Shown here one piece after another: positions 14,060 through 25,247 of a stretch of 32,000 bases of DNA. The notes under the pieces are model-generated. The model had not been told where the DNA came from and ran no database searches. It worked only from the letters and a program-made list of their open reading frames with translations. The first letter of the stretch is position 1. Every line of letters starts with the position of its first letter. Source of the stretch: Blochmannia endosymbiont of Camponotus modoc (lineage in GTDB: Bacteria > Pseudomonadota > Gammaproteobacteria > Enterobacterales > Enterobacteriaceae); assembly GCF_023585785.1 (NCBI RefSeq), contig NZ_CP097765.1, forward strand, positions 690,001 to 722,000. Reading direction: 5' to 3'. A program made the translations under genes and the position numbers.

Positions 14060-15055
14060 ATGATTAACGCATTTTCTTTAATCTTAGTAATTATTACGGG
14101 AATATCAGGTATTTTCTGGAGTATAAAAAAATTATATACATTAATGTATAATCGTGATCAACATAAAAAAATATTCCTTCAAAAATCAACCAATACTTAT
14201 CAACAATCAAAAAATGCTTATTCATTGATAATTTCATATTGTTCAATAATTTCTGAATTTATGTCCTCAATTTTTCCGATATTATTATTAGTATTTATAA
14301 TACGATCATTTGTTTTTGAACCATTCCGAATACCTTCTGGATCCATGATGCCTACTTTGTTAATAGGAGATTTTATTTTAGTAAAAAAATTCATATATGG
14401 CATTAAAAATCCTATTACTCAAAAAACATTAATTAATACTGGATATCCAAAACGCGGAGATATAATAGTATTTAAGTATCCTAAAAATACCGAACTAAAC
14501 TATATTAAACGAGTAATTGGAGAGCCAGGAGACAAAGTAATCTATAACATTATTACTAAACAATTAATAATATATGCGAATTATGTTAATAATGCTGCAT
14601 GCATACAACCATTACCCATTGTTTATAGCAATGTTGTTCCTAGTAATTTTATTCAAGTATTTGATAATGACGTAGACGGAAAGGTTAATTCTTCATTTAT
14701 TCAAATAGGACCGCATCAAAAAGGTCCTCATGGAATTCGACTTATTCAAACCACAGAATCATTCAGTGGAATAGAACACAATATCTTAACAATGATACCA
14801 CCTGGTGATCAAAACTTAATAAAAATGTATGATCAACATACAAAACACTTAATATCTGAGTGGTTAGTGCCCGCAGGTGAGTATTTTGTAATGGGAGATA
14901 ATAGGGATAACAGCGCAGATAGTCGTTATTGGGGATTTGTTCCTGAACGCAATATAATAGGAAAAGCAATAATAATTTGGATGAATATCAAAAAACAACA
15001 AGAAGGGATATGGCCAATTAGTATCCAATTCCATAGAATTGGTAATATACAATAA
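14060..15055 (+). CDS. lepB: Signal peptidase I
   Basis: 331 aa. Catalytic Ser motif PSGSMMPTLLIGD, Lys region YIKRVIGEPGD, and MGDNRDNSADSRYWGFVP; two N-terminal TM segments. Confidence 0.96.
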   Translation: MINAFSLILVIITGISGIFWSIKKLYTLMYNRDQHKKIFLQKSTNTYQQSKNAYSLIISYCSIISEFMSSIFPILLLVFIIRSFVFEPFRIPSGSMMPTLLIGDFILVKKFIYGIKNPITQKTLINTGYPKRGDIIVFKYPKNTELNYIKRVIGEPGDKVIYNIITKQLIIYANYVNNAACIQPLPIVYSNVVPSNFIQVFDNDVDGKVNSSFIQIGPHQKGPHGIRLIQTTESFSGIEHNILTMIPPGDQNLIKMYDQHTKHLISEWLVPAGEYFVMGDNRDNSADSRYWGFVPERNIIGKAIIIWMNIKKQQEGIWPISIQFHRIGNIQ

Positions 15056-15182
15056 GATGTTTATATTCTCTAATCATAGATTAGAATTATTGTATTACAT
15101 TTTTTGTAATTAATCTGGTTAAAATTGATTATAAAAAATTTTTTTCCATTAACATTGTAAGAATATACAACCCATAAATATT

Positions 15183-15887
15183 ATGTTAGTTAATACATTG
15201 CAAGAAAAACTTGGTTATATTTTTAATCGATATGACTTATTATTACAAGCACTAACTCATAGAAGTTCTAGCAATCGACACAATGAAAGACTAGAATTTT
15301 TGGGCGACGCTATATTAAACTATGTAATAGCTAACCTATTATATCATAGGTTTCCTCATATTAGCGAAGGAGATATGAGTAGAATGCGTGCAAATTTGGT
15401 ACGCGAAAATACATTAGCAACACTAGCACGAGAATTTAATTTAGGAGATTATCTACAATTAGGACAAGGAGAACTAAAAAGCGGGGGATATCAACGTGAA
15501 TCCATTTTAGCTAATACAATAGAAGCGTTGATAGGCGGTATATTTTTAGATAGTAATATTCAAACTATTGAAATATTAATTATTAATTGGTATAAAATTC
15601 GTATAGATCACATGGATCCTTATGCTTATGATAAACAAAAAGATCCAAAAACTCGTCTGCAAGAATATATGCAACATCGTCGTTTGCCGTTACCTGTATA
15701 TTGGATTAATCAAATAATTGGAGAGGCGCACAATCAAATATTTACGATAAATTGTCAAGTTAGTGAATTAACACAACCGATTATTGGATGCGGTTCTAGT
15801 CGGCGTAGAGCTGAACAAAATGCAGCAAAAAAAGTTTTAGAAATACTAGAGAAGAACATAACCAAAACATATGATCTGATCACGTGA
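15183..15887 (+). CDS. rnc: Ribonuclease III
   Basis: 234 aa with [16 protein letters not shown] (RNase III signature), [10 protein letters not shown] and a C-terminal dsRBD ([18 protein letters not shown]). Confidence 0.97.
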   Translation: MLVNTLQEKLGYIFNRYDLLLQALTHRSSSNRHNERLEFLGDAILNYVIANLLYHRFPHISEGDMSRMRANLVRENTLATLAREFNLGDYLQLGQGELKSGGYQRESILANTIEALIGGIFLDSNIQTIEILIINWYKIRIDHMDPYAYDKQKDPKTRLQEYMQHRRLPLPVYWINQIIGEAHNQIFTINCQVSELTQPIIGCGSSRRRAEQNAAKKVLEILEKNITKTYDLIT

Positions 15888-16560
15888 TCATTGATCGAAA
15901 ATCGCGTAATATATTAAGATCTTAAACAAAATCCCCTCATGTTATTAAGCTTATTCAATAAATAAGTATACAATTGTTAACAGGTATGTTTACTATTTTA
16001 AAACAATAACTTCACAAATTCAAAAATCAAATTAATTAATTTATTTCATTAATTACATTTTTGAACAAAAATCATCTCAAAAGAATTGTTAAGTCTAATT
16101 ATATATTACACATATATAAACAAACGTTCTTTGTCGATCTATTTTATAGAGATATTTTTATTTTGTTGTAATTTCAATACTGCTATATTCATATTATTTG
16201 AATCGACACAAATAATTTCAAAGCTGACAATATCAATATTTTCAGTATTCTGTGGAAGTTTAATATCAATAATATTTATATGAATAAAAATCTACATCGT
16301 ATAATAGTATATTCTTATAAAATGAAATTTATATATCTTCGCATAGTCCATTCAACCATTAAAGAATTATATGTAAAAATTGTAATTTTGAACTAGAAAT
16401 AACTATTTGTTATCAACATTATATTTTAATAGATCAACAGTACGGCATAATGTAATTTAAATTAAATAGAAACAACAAAAAATACATTTAAAAAGAAATA
16501 TATATAATTTATATTTATATTCGATAACTATCAAATAACTATATTTAAGGCATACATATA

Positions 16561-17295
16561 ATGTCAAATTTATTATTAGGTGTAAATATTGATCATATTG
16601 CAACATTACGTAATGCAAGAAATACTATATATCCTGATCCTATATATGCTGCATTCATTGCAGAACAGTCAGGAGCAGATAGTATTACTATACATTTAAG
16701 AGAAGATCGTCGTCACATTACCGATCGAGATGTCGAAATGTTACGTAAAACTATACAAACATCTATGAACTTAGAAATAGCAGCAACAGATGAAATGATT
16801 AATATCGCATGTACATTAAAACCACATTGTTGTTGTTTAGTACCTGAAAAGCGTCAAGAACTTACAACTGAAGGTGGTTTAGATGTAATTAATAAAGCAA
16901 ATAAATTACAAGATATAATATTTAAACTTACTGAAGCTGGAATTAGAGTTTCATTATTTATTGATCCTAATGAACAACAAATTAGTGTTGCATATAATAT
17001 AGGTGCTCCTTATATAGAACTACATACCGGAATGTATTCTCATGCTACAGATGCAACAACTCAAAACTTAGAATATAAACGTATTAAAAAAAGTGTGCAA
17101 TATGCTGTAAATAATGGTTTAAAAGTTAATGCTGGACATGGTCTTAATTATTATAACGTACGACCTATTGCGATGTTACCAGGAATACAAGAATTAAATA
17201 TAGGACATTCTATAATTAGCCGATCAATATTTTGTGGATTATCTAAAGCTATTCAAGATATGAAGAAATTAATACAAGACTCAAGAAGAGGTTAA
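16561..17295 (+). CDS. pdxJ: Pyridoxine 5'-phosphate synthase
   Basis: 244 aa. [30 protein letters not shown], and [26 protein letters not shown]. Confidence 0.97.
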   Translation: MSNLLLGVNIDHIATLRNARNTIYPDPIYAAFIAEQSGADSITIHLREDRRHITDRDVEMLRKTIQTSMNLEIAATDEMINIACTLKPHCCCLVPEKRQELTTEGGLDVINKANKLQDIIFKLTEAGIRVSLFIDPNEQQISVAYNIGAPYIELHTGMYSHATDATTQNLEYKRIKKSVQYAVNNGLKVNAGHGLNYYNVRPIAMLPGIQELNIGHSIISRSIFCGLSKAIQDMKKLIQDSRRG

Positions 17296-17297
17296 TA

Positions 17298-17675
17298 GTG
17301 ATTCACGGAATCGGCATAGATATCGTTGATATTAGGAAAATAAAAAAAATAATAACACATAGCGGAGATAAGTTAGCTACACGTATACTTAGTAAATCAG
17401 AATGGAAAATATATAAAAATAAAAAGCATCCTGTGCATTTCTTAGCAAAACGTTTCGCTGCAAAAGAAGCGGTAGCTAAAGCATTTGGCACTGGAATAAG
17501 CCAAGGAGTAACATTTAATCAAATTGAAATATTTAACGATAAACTAGGAAAACCAATGCTACATTTATTCTCATGTACAGCTCTATTAGCTAATAAATTA
17601 TCATTAAAAAAAATGCATATTACTTTATCTGATACCAATTCGTATGCATGTGCGTTTGTTATATTGGAACGATAA
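17298..17675 (+). CDS. acpS: Holo-[acyl-carrier-protein] synthase (GTG start)
   Basis: 125 aa. GIGIDIVDIRKI and FAAKEAVAKAFGTGI signatures. First codon is GTG at 17298, immediately downstream of pdxJ. Confidence 0.94.
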   Translation: MIHGIGIDIVDIRKIKKIITHSGDKLATRILSKSEWKIYKNKKHPVHFLAKRFAAKEAVAKAFGTGISQGVTFNQIEIFNDKLGKPMLHLFSCTALLANKLSLKKMHITLSDTNSYACAFVILER

Positions 17676-17820
17676 AAAATAAGATATCAATATTAATGAT
17701 CTTGTAATTAAAAAAATTATTTTTATGTTTTGTCGTAACACAGAATGAGTATCTCAATATGCATTTCAGAATGATTTTATTAATTGTGTGGTGTAATATT
17801 TTTTTTATTTTACAATCTGA

Positions 17821-18288
17821 ATGTATGAAATAGAAGATGTAGATACGATATGGATGCGCCATGCTATTGCATTAGCTGCCCATGCTGAAATTATTGGAGA
17901 AATATCAGTAGGAGCTGTTTTAATTCAAAATGGTAAACTTATAAGTTACGGTTGGAATTCTTCTATTATATGCCATGATCCAAGTGCTCATGCAGAAATT
18001 GTAGCATTACGTACAGGGGGGAAAATTTTGGGCAATTATCGATTATTAGGTACTACTCTTTATGTTACTCTGGAACCATGTATGATGTGTATTGGCGCGA
18101 TAATTCATGCTCGTGTTTATCGATTAGTTTGTGGTGCTAAAAACAGTAAAACGGGACAAAGATCATGGCTAAAAAATACACTCCACCATCCAATGAATAA
18201 TCATCATGTATTTTTAACAACTGGGGTATTAGAGAAAGAATGTGCTTATCAATTGAATAAATTTTTTAAACGTCAACGTCAAACCTGA
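17821..18288 (+). CDS. tadA: tRNA-specific adenosine deaminase
   Basis: 155 aa. Zn-deaminase motifs HAEIVALR and PCMMCIGAIIHAR, with KTG and LHHP as in TadA. Confidence 0.94.
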   Translation: MYEIEDVDTIWMRHAIALAAHAEIIGEISVGAVLIQNGKLISYGWNSSIICHDPSAHAEIVALRTGGKILGNYRLLGTTLYVTLEPCMMCIGAIIHARVYRLVCGAKNSKTGQRSWLKNTLHHPMNNHHVFLTTGVLEKECAYQLNKFFKRQRQT

Positions 18289-18591
18289 TATCATCAAAGA
18301 ATATCAATAAAATTGATAATATAAACCAACCTTATATTTGTTTAAACTACACATAAAAACCTATAGGAGAATATCGTAACAAAAAAAGATATAGACCATA
18401 TCTTACTTAACAAGTAAGTGTTAATTTCATTAAAATAAATGTAATATACTCATATTTATATTTTTATATTTTATATATCATTAATAAAATTGTTATTAAA
18501 AGTAATTATTGCTTCATTTCAATTAAAATAGATTGATGTATTTTTACGTATACAATATATTTTTTTATTTAGATAAGATAAGAGGTTATAT

Positions 18592-19845
18592 ATGTCCATA
18601 TGTACAAATTATGATATTGAATTGTGGAAAATAATACAACAAGAAACTATTAGACAAGAGGAACACATTGAATTAATAGCATCTGAAAATTATGTTAGCC
18701 CTCAAGTTATGAAAGTACAAGGCTCTCAACTTACTAATAAATACGCTGAAGGCTATCCAGGTAAACGTTATTATGGTGGATGCGAATATGTTGACATGAT
18801 TGAACAATTAGGTATTAATCGTGCAAAAAAATTATTTTCTGCAGACTATGCAAATATACAACCACATTCTGGATCACAAGCTAATTTTTCTGTTTATAAT
18901 GCCTTACTACACCCCGGTGATACAATTTTAAGTATGCATCTAAATCATGGAGGACATTTAACGCATGGCTCACAAGTAAACTTTTCAGGAAAATTATATA
19001 ATGCTGTATTTTATGGGGTTGACGAAAATGGTTGTATTAATTATGAAAAAATATATCATTTAGCTGTAAAACATCAACCGAAAATGATCGTAGGGGGGTT
19101 TTCTGCGTATTCTGGTATTATAAATTGGTCTAAAATGCGCCAGATTGCAGATGCTGTTCAAGCATATCTATTTATTGACATGGCTCATATTGCAGGATTA
19201 GTTGCTGCGGGTGTATATCCAAATCCGTTACCACACGCACATGTAGTGACTGCTACTACTCATAAAACATTAGCAGGACCCAGAGGTGGTTTAATTTTAG
19301 CTAGCGGAGGTAATGATGTATTATACAAGAAATTAGATGCTTCAGTTTTTCCTGGTTCTCAAGGAGGTCCTTTGATGCATGTTATTGCAGCTAAAGCAAT
19401 TGCTTTAAAAGAAGCCATGGATCCATCTTTTAAGGTATATCAACAAAAAATTGTTCAAAATGCTAAGATAATGGTTAAAGAATTTACATTACGCGAATTC
19501 CAGATTATCTCTGGAATGACTCATAATCATCTTTTTTTATTAGATTTAAGAAATAAAAATATCACTGGGAAAGATGCCAGTACAGCTTTAGAACGAGCTA
19601 ATATTATTGTTAATAAAAATAGCATACCAAATGATTTTAGAAGTCCTTTTATTACCTCTGGTATACGTATTGGTACGCCAGCAATAACTAGACGTAATTT
19701 TAATGAAAACGATGTACGAAAACTATCTCATTGGATCTGTGATATATTAAATCATATCGATAACAATGAAATTATTTTTTCCATAAAAACCAAAGTTTTA
19801 CGTATTTGTTCTCAGTATCCCATATATAATAATAAAAGTTATTAA
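18592..19845 (+). CDS. glyA: Serine hydroxymethyltransferase
   Basis: 417 aa. [31 protein letters not shown], and [14 protein letters not shown] (PLP lysine). Confidence 0.98.
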   Translation: MSICTNYDIELWKIIQQETIRQEEHIELIASENYVSPQVMKVQGSQLTNKYAEGYPGKRYYGGCEYVDMIEQLGINRAKKLFSADYANIQPHSGSQANFSVYNALLHPGDTILSMHLNHGGHLTHGSQVNFSGKLYNAVFYGVDENGCINYEKIYHLAVKHQPKMIVGGFSAYSGIINWSKMRQIADAVQAYLFIDMAHIAGLVAAGVYPNPLPHAHVVTATTHKTLAGPRGGLILASGGNDVLYKKLDASVFPGSQGGPLMHVIAAKAIALKEAMDPSFKVYQQKIVQNAKIMVKEFTLREFQIISGMTHNHLFLLDLRNKNITGKDASTALERANIIVNKNSIPNDFRSPFITSGIRIGTPAITRRNFNENDVRKLSHWICDILNHIDNNEIIFSIKTKVLRICSQYPIYNNKSY

Positions 19846-19942
19846 AATAATATTACTGTAATAAATTATATCTAGAATAGAAAAATACAAATTTGTTCTT
19901 TCGAGATACAGAAACTTATTAATATCTTATTGAGGCAGATAT

Positions 19943-20737
19943 TTAAATAATTTGTATAATTGATAAAATAGTCCGGATTATTCTCACATTACCCGCAATT
20001 ATATTTCCAGACAGTAAATAATTGTCGGTTCCGGTAAAATCTATAATTAAACCTCCCGATTCACGAATTATTAAAAAACCACTAGCTAATTTATTAGTGT
20101 AGTTATTTTTTTTAAAAAAAATAGAAACACACCCATCTACACGTCCAACAGCAACATAGGCTAAATCTAAAATAGTTGATCCAGTATAACGAAAATATGC
20201 GCATTTATTACTAAACTTACTTAGTAGATTAATAGTCATATGTTGCTGTTCATAAGAACAAGATATAGCAATAATAGCCCTATGTAAACTTTTAGCAGTA
20301 CCCACACGAATCCGATAACCATTAAGATGAGCTCCTTTTCCACGGCAAGCACTAAATAACTCATTATGTATAGGATCATATATTACTCCTATTTCGATAT
20401 GGCCTTTAATAAATACGGAAATAGATAAAGCAAAAAAAGGAAACTGCTTAATAAAATTAATATCATTATCTATAGCTCCAATTATCCAGAAAACGCTTTC
20501 TTTGCAACTCACATCATTAATATCACGGGCATTCCATGTATTAATAACAGTATGTAGCGGATAAAATTTTCGAATAATTGCCGTAATAATGTAATATGAC
20601 TCTTTATTGATTTTAGAAATAAGATTATTTATATGATTTGACTGTACACTATTTTTATCAAACAATTCATATTGTTTAACGACAAAGTTCCCCGCCCTTC
20701 TTATAGCTTGAATAGCAATATTAAGCATCGGATGCAT
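19943..20737 (-). CDS. suhB: SuhB-like inositol monophosphatase family protein with degraded catalytic motifs
   Basis: 264 aa. MHPMLNIAIQAIRRAGNFVVKQYE, YDPIHNELFSACRGKGAHLNGYRIR and LDLAYVAVGRVDG clearly match SuhB. The metal-binding motifs are largely lost. Confidence 0.9.
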   Translation of the reverse strand: MHPMLNIAIQAIRRAGNFVVKQYELFDKNSVQSNHINNLISKINKESYYIITAIIRKFYPLHTVINTWNARDINDVSCKESVFWIIGAIDNDINFIKQFPFFALSISVFIKGHIEIGVIYDPIHNELFSACRGKGAHLNGYRIRVGTAKSLHRAIIAISCSYEQQHMTINLLSKFSNKCAYFRYTGSTILDLAYVAVGRVDGCVSIFFKKNNYTNKLASGFLIIRESGGLIIDFTGTDNYLLSGNIIAGNVRIIRTILSIIQII

Positions 20738-21583
20738 AAAGTATTCATCCAGTAATTCTCATTAAATGAAAAATAGAACATATCAAAACCTGCCCACATA
20801 TTATAAAACTATATTTTTTTAAATAACACAGATATTGTATTATAATTGAACTCACCACGTAATACATGTGTTCTTAACATACATAATCACTAAAAATACC
20901 TTCAATCTCATGTTATAAATAAAACATTCATTTTCATTACAAATATATGTAGGATATACGATACAGATCCGTTCATAGATTTATTATTTCTGTGAAAATA
21001 ATAAATTGCATTACAATGAAAGATCGAATTCTTTAAAAATTAATTAAAAAAGTATTTTGTATGGACATGTTGATAAACAGTGATACACAATATAACAATC
21101 CACTATTATTTAATATATTTTTTAAAAAAAACTGCATTATTTTCACTAAAAATATTTTTTTATAAATAGTTAATTTTTATTACTACAAATAATACCAATA
21201 CTTACAATCATTTGTTATGGTCAAATTTTTATTACAACATTACATACGAAAAGTATTGTACATAATTGAAATAACGCTTTACTATCGATTTAATATACAC
21301 TGCTTACAGCATATATTATAAATATGATGTATCGTTAACATGTATTTATATAACCTCAATTAAACGTTTACAGAGATAAAAATATAAAATAGGTTTCAAT
21401 ATTTTATATAGTAACAAATAATAATATCATATAAAATGAATGTTTTGACGTAAAATATAAATCAATCCTAAGAATAAATATATTTTAGAGCATTTAATTT
21501 AATATATTATACAAATAGCGCTGATTTTATAATTTTTATATTTTATACATCAAAATAAGTTTTTGATTTTTGGAGTATGTTAG

Positions 21584-22753
21584 ATGAAGTTACCAATATA
21601 TTTTGACTATGCTGCTACTACTCCCGTAGATCCCAGAGTAGTAGAAAAAATGATACAATATTTTACCCTAGACGGAATATTTGGTAACCCGTCTTCTCGT
21701 TCTCATTATTATGGATGGAAAGCAGAGGAAGCGATAGATTTAGCGCGTAAACAAATTGCTCAGTTGATAGGTGCTGAATCACGTGAAATCATTTTTACTT
21801 CAGGAGCTACTGAATCAGTAAATTTAGCTATTAAAGGAATAGCTCAATCTTATCGCAAAAAAGGAAAGCATATTATTACCAGCATGACGGAACACAAATC
21901 AGTTTTAGATACTTGTCAATATCTTGAGAATAAAGGGTTTGAAATTACCCGTATAACTCCACAACCCAATGGTTTAATCGCTTTCGAACAAATTAGTAAC
22001 GCACTACGTGATGATACAATTTTATTATCTATTATGCATGTAAATAATGAAATCGGTGTAATCCAAGACATCAAAAAAATTGGTGAATTATGTCGTCTAC
22101 ATGACATAATATTTCATGTAGACGCAACCCAAAGCGTTGGTAAATTACATATTGATCTATCTGATTTACCGGTGGATTTAATGTCTTTCAACGGCCATAA
22201 ACTATATGGCCCGAAAGGTATAGGTGGTTTGTACATACGACAACATAGGTATCCAAAACTCCATATTACTGCTCAAATGCATGGAGGAGGACATGAATAC
22301 GGTATGCGTTCTGGTACATTGCCAGTCCATCAAATAGTTGGTATGGCTGAAGCATATCGTTTAGCTAGAGAAACAATGACGACAGAAATGATTTATTTAA
22401 AAAAAATGAGAGATCGTCTATGGCAAGGATTACAACAAATTGAAGGAGTATTAATTAATGGCGATTTAGAGTATAGTATAGGCACATTGTTGAATATTAG
22501 TTTTAGTAATATTGACGGCGAAACACTAATTATAGCATTAAAAGATTTTGCATTATCTTCTGGATCTGCTTGTACCTCTGGCACTTTAAATCCATCACAT
22601 GTATTGCAGGCTTTAGGAAGAAATAATGAACTAGCATATAATTCAATCAGATTTTCTCTAGGGCGTTTCACAACTGAAGAAGAAATAGAGTACGCTATCC
22701 ATCATATAGCTGCTACTGTTATGAAATTAAATGCTATGATACATTTATTATAA
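21584..22753 (+). CDS. iscS: Cysteine desulfurase IscS, C-terminally short
   Basis: 389 aa. [41 protein letters not shown], catalytic [11 protein letters not shown]. Ends ~19 residues before the E. coli C-terminus. Confidence 0.96.
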   Translation: MKLPIYFDYAATTPVDPRVVEKMIQYFTLDGIFGNPSSRSHYYGWKAEEAIDLARKQIAQLIGAESREIIFTSGATESVNLAIKGIAQSYRKKGKHIITSMTEHKSVLDTCQYLENKGFEITRITPQPNGLIAFEQISNALRDDTILLSIMHVNNEIGVIQDIKKIGELCRLHDIIFHVDATQSVGKLHIDLSDLPVDLMSFNGHKLYGPKGIGGLYIRQHRYPKLHITAQMHGGGHEYGMRSGTLPVHQIVGMAEAYRLARETMTTEMIYLKKMRDRLWQGLQQIEGVLINGDLEYSIGTLLNISFSNIDGETLIIALKDFALSSGSACTSGTLNPSHVLQALGRNNELAYNSIRFSLGRFTTEEEIEYAIHHIAATVMKLNAMIHLL

Positions 22754-23290
22754 TTTTACAATAAAAAATAAATTAATTTATTTTTCATATATGAAGTTTA
22801 TGACGATAATCAGTATATCTATAAAAAAATCCAAGAAATTTTATTAATATCATTCGAAATAATAAATAAAAAATAATTATTAAAAAGAATATTTTTTTGT
22901 AGATTAGGTTTCATCTCTTATTTTTTAATATTTTTATTATTAAGTTTTCCACATAATTAATTTCTATGTAACCATTTTTACGTATTTGTTTTAATGTTAA
23001 AAATTTAAGATATTGCATTAATGTTATTCGTAAACGGTAAGGATTTTATTATCAATCAACACTCGGATCATATAATTAAGATCGATAAAAATATTTTATT
23101 TCACAATAAAATACAAATATGGATATTTCTACTTGTCTGTTTTGTGTTTATTCTGAGTTTAATTTGTAGTTTTTGAATCGTTGTAGATTTCAAAAGCATT
23201 AAATAATATAAACAATATTATCTGTAATAATTATTGTTTTTATATTTATTTCCTATACAATTATATTAATAAAGACTAATAGGAGTTTTT

Positions 23291-23701
23291 ATGGTTTGTA
23301 AAGAAAATACGCTGTCAATCATAAAACCAGATGCCGTTGCTAAAAACATAATCGGATCTATAATTAGTAGATTCGAGGCTGCTGGTCTTATTATTGTGGG
23401 AGCTAAACTATTACAATTAACATATATACAAGCTTCCGAATTTTATTTTGAACATCAAAAAAAATATTTTTTTGACAGTTTAATAAATTTTATGATTTCT
23501 GGACCAGTATTTGTACAAATACTGGAAGGTAATAATTCGATACAACGTAATAGAGAAATTATGGGAGCCACTGATCCAGCGAATGCGTTAGCAGGTACCA
23601 TTAGATCCGATTATGGTTATAATTATACTAAAAATGCCATTCATGGATCAGATTCTAAAAAATCTGCTATACGTGAAATTTCTTATTTCTTTGATATATA
23701 A
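23291..23701 (+). CDS. ndk: Nucleoside diphosphate kinase
   Basis: 136 aa. [35 protein letters not shown] and NAIHGSDS (active His). Confidence 0.97.
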   Translation: MVCKENTLSIIKPDAVAKNIIGSIISRFEAAGLIIVGAKLLQLTYIQASEFYFEHQKKYFFDSLINFMISGPVFVQILEGNNSIQRNREIMGATDPANALAGTIRSDYGYNYTKNAIHGSDSKKSAIREISYFFDI

Positions 23702-23905
23702 AAACATGCGGATACATTACCTGTTATCCATAAAAGTAATCATTTTAGCTGCGCAAAAAAACGGTTTTGATTAATGAATTAGTTTATCAAAAAAATATTA
23801 ACGTAAAATATAGATCAATTTAAAGTTGAAAAAATAGTGGTAATGTAGTCAATTGCTATTGAGCTCGTGCTCATAGAGCATTGCTATTGATCAACTTTCG
23901 TAAAA

Positions 23906-25024
23906 ATGGATCTTGAGAAATATATTTTTATGTATACAAAAAAAGTTAATTTACTTAACATGAACAAAGAAGAATTACTAATTTTTTTTGATAAATTAGG
24001 TGAAAAACCTTTCCGTTCTCATCAAGTAATGAGATGGATCTATCATTACTATTGTGACGATTTTAATTACATGACAAATTTAAGCAAGTCTCTAAAAATC
24101 AAATTGAAGCAAATAGCAGAAATCCGTGCTCCAATAATTATAAAAGAACAACTATCTTCAGATGGAACAATCAAATGGGCTATGAAAATTGATGAACAAC
24201 AAATCGAAACAGTTTATATTCCTGAAAATAAAAGAACCACTTTGTGCGTTTCATCACAAATTGGATGCCCTTTAGGATGTAGTTTTTGTGGAACTGCGCA
24301 GCAGGGATTTAACAGAAATCTGAATGTATCAGAGATAATTGGTCAAGTTTGGAGAGCAGCACAACTTATTAATCTCAATAAAAAAATGAAAATAAAAAAT
24401 AGATTTCCTATTACCAATATAGTATTTATGGGTATGGGAGAGCCATTGTTAAATATTGTTAATGTTGTATCGGCGATCAGAATTATATTAGATGACCTTG
24501 GTTTTAAATTATCAAAACGACGTGTTACGCTCTCAACTGCCGGAATTGTACCAGGCATAGAAAAATTAAAAAATATGATTGACGTACCGTTAGCTATATC
24601 TCTACATGCTCCAAATGATACCATTAGAAATAAGATTATGCCAATTAATAAAAAGTACAATATTAATAGCGTATTAGAAGCAGCACGTAGGTATTCGAGA
24701 GACACTAAATCTAATCACGGTAGAGTAACAATAGAGTATGTATTGTTAAAAAATATTAATGACGACGTCCTGCATGCCCATCAATTAGCAAAACAACTTC
24801 AAGGTATTCCGTGTAAAATTAACTTGATCCCATGGAACCCAATTCCGAATATACGATATGCATGTAGCTCACAGATTCGTATGCATGCATTTCTTAAAGT
24901 TTTATTAAAATATAATATAATAACCATCATACGCAAAATAAGAGGAGCGGATATTAGTGCTGCCTGCGGACAATTAACAGGAGAAGTAATTAACCGTATA
25001 AAATTACAATATAACTCATTATAA
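23906..25024 (+). CDS. rlmN: Dual-specificity 23S rRNA/tRNA adenine-C2 methyltransferase
   Basis: 372 aa. [17 protein letters not shown], radical-SAM [16 protein letters not shown] and SAACGQL catalytic cysteines, [10 protein letters not shown]. Confidence 0.97.
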   Translation: MDLEKYIFMYTKKVNLLNMNKEELLIFFDKLGEKPFRSHQVMRWIYHYYCDDFNYMTNLSKSLKIKLKQIAEIRAPIIIKEQLSSDGTIKWAMKIDEQQIETVYIPENKRTTLCVSSQIGCPLGCSFCGTAQQGFNRNLNVSEIIGQVWRAAQLINLNKKMKIKNRFPITNIVFMGMGEPLLNIVNVVSAIRIILDDLGFKLSKRRVTLSTAGIVPGIEKLKNMIDVPLAISLHAPNDTIRNKIMPINKKYNINSVLEAARRYSRDTKSNHGRVTIEYVLLKNINDDVLHAHQLAKQLQGIPCKINLIPWNPIPNIRYACSSQIRMHAFLKVLLKYNIITIIRKIRGADISAACGQLTGEVINRIKLQYNSL

Positions 25025-25247
25025 AACAATATCATTGTATTTAATACTATATAAAATTAATAAGACAAAATTTTTAAAAAAAGGGATCATAAATGCAATA
25101 TAACAATTACGCATATTTACTGTGTATCCTAAAATTATAAAAATTATGATTCCTATTATAAATATAATTAAATCTCTTAATTGATATAATCAATAAATTT
25201 AAACAAATATATTTATTGTTTAAAAACATGAAAATATAGGAGATTAT

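Noticed and set aside
10369-15052. Antisense ORFs 10369..10614, 11630..11815, 13216..13509, 14218..14403, 14763..14969, 14864..15052
   Set aside because: They are fully within well-supported genes on the other strand (grpE, ung, lepA, lepB).
16086-16283. 65 aa minus-strand ORF in the rnc-pdxJ gap
   Set aside because: Low-complexity hydrophobic translation with no recognisable family. It does not resemble Era or RecO, and is more likely chance in decaying DNA.
17303-17862. ORFs 17303..17491(-) and 17659..17862(-)
   Set aside because: The first is antisense to acpS. The second spans the acpS-tadA gap and both gene ends with low-complexity sequence.
18403-18419. CTTACTT-AAC-AAGTAAG hairpin downstream of tadA as a terminator
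   Set aside because: Only 7 bp, AT-rich and with no U-run; too weak to call.
21916-22671. ORFs 21916..22107(-) and 22393..22671(-)
   Set aside because: Antisense to iscS, no motifs.
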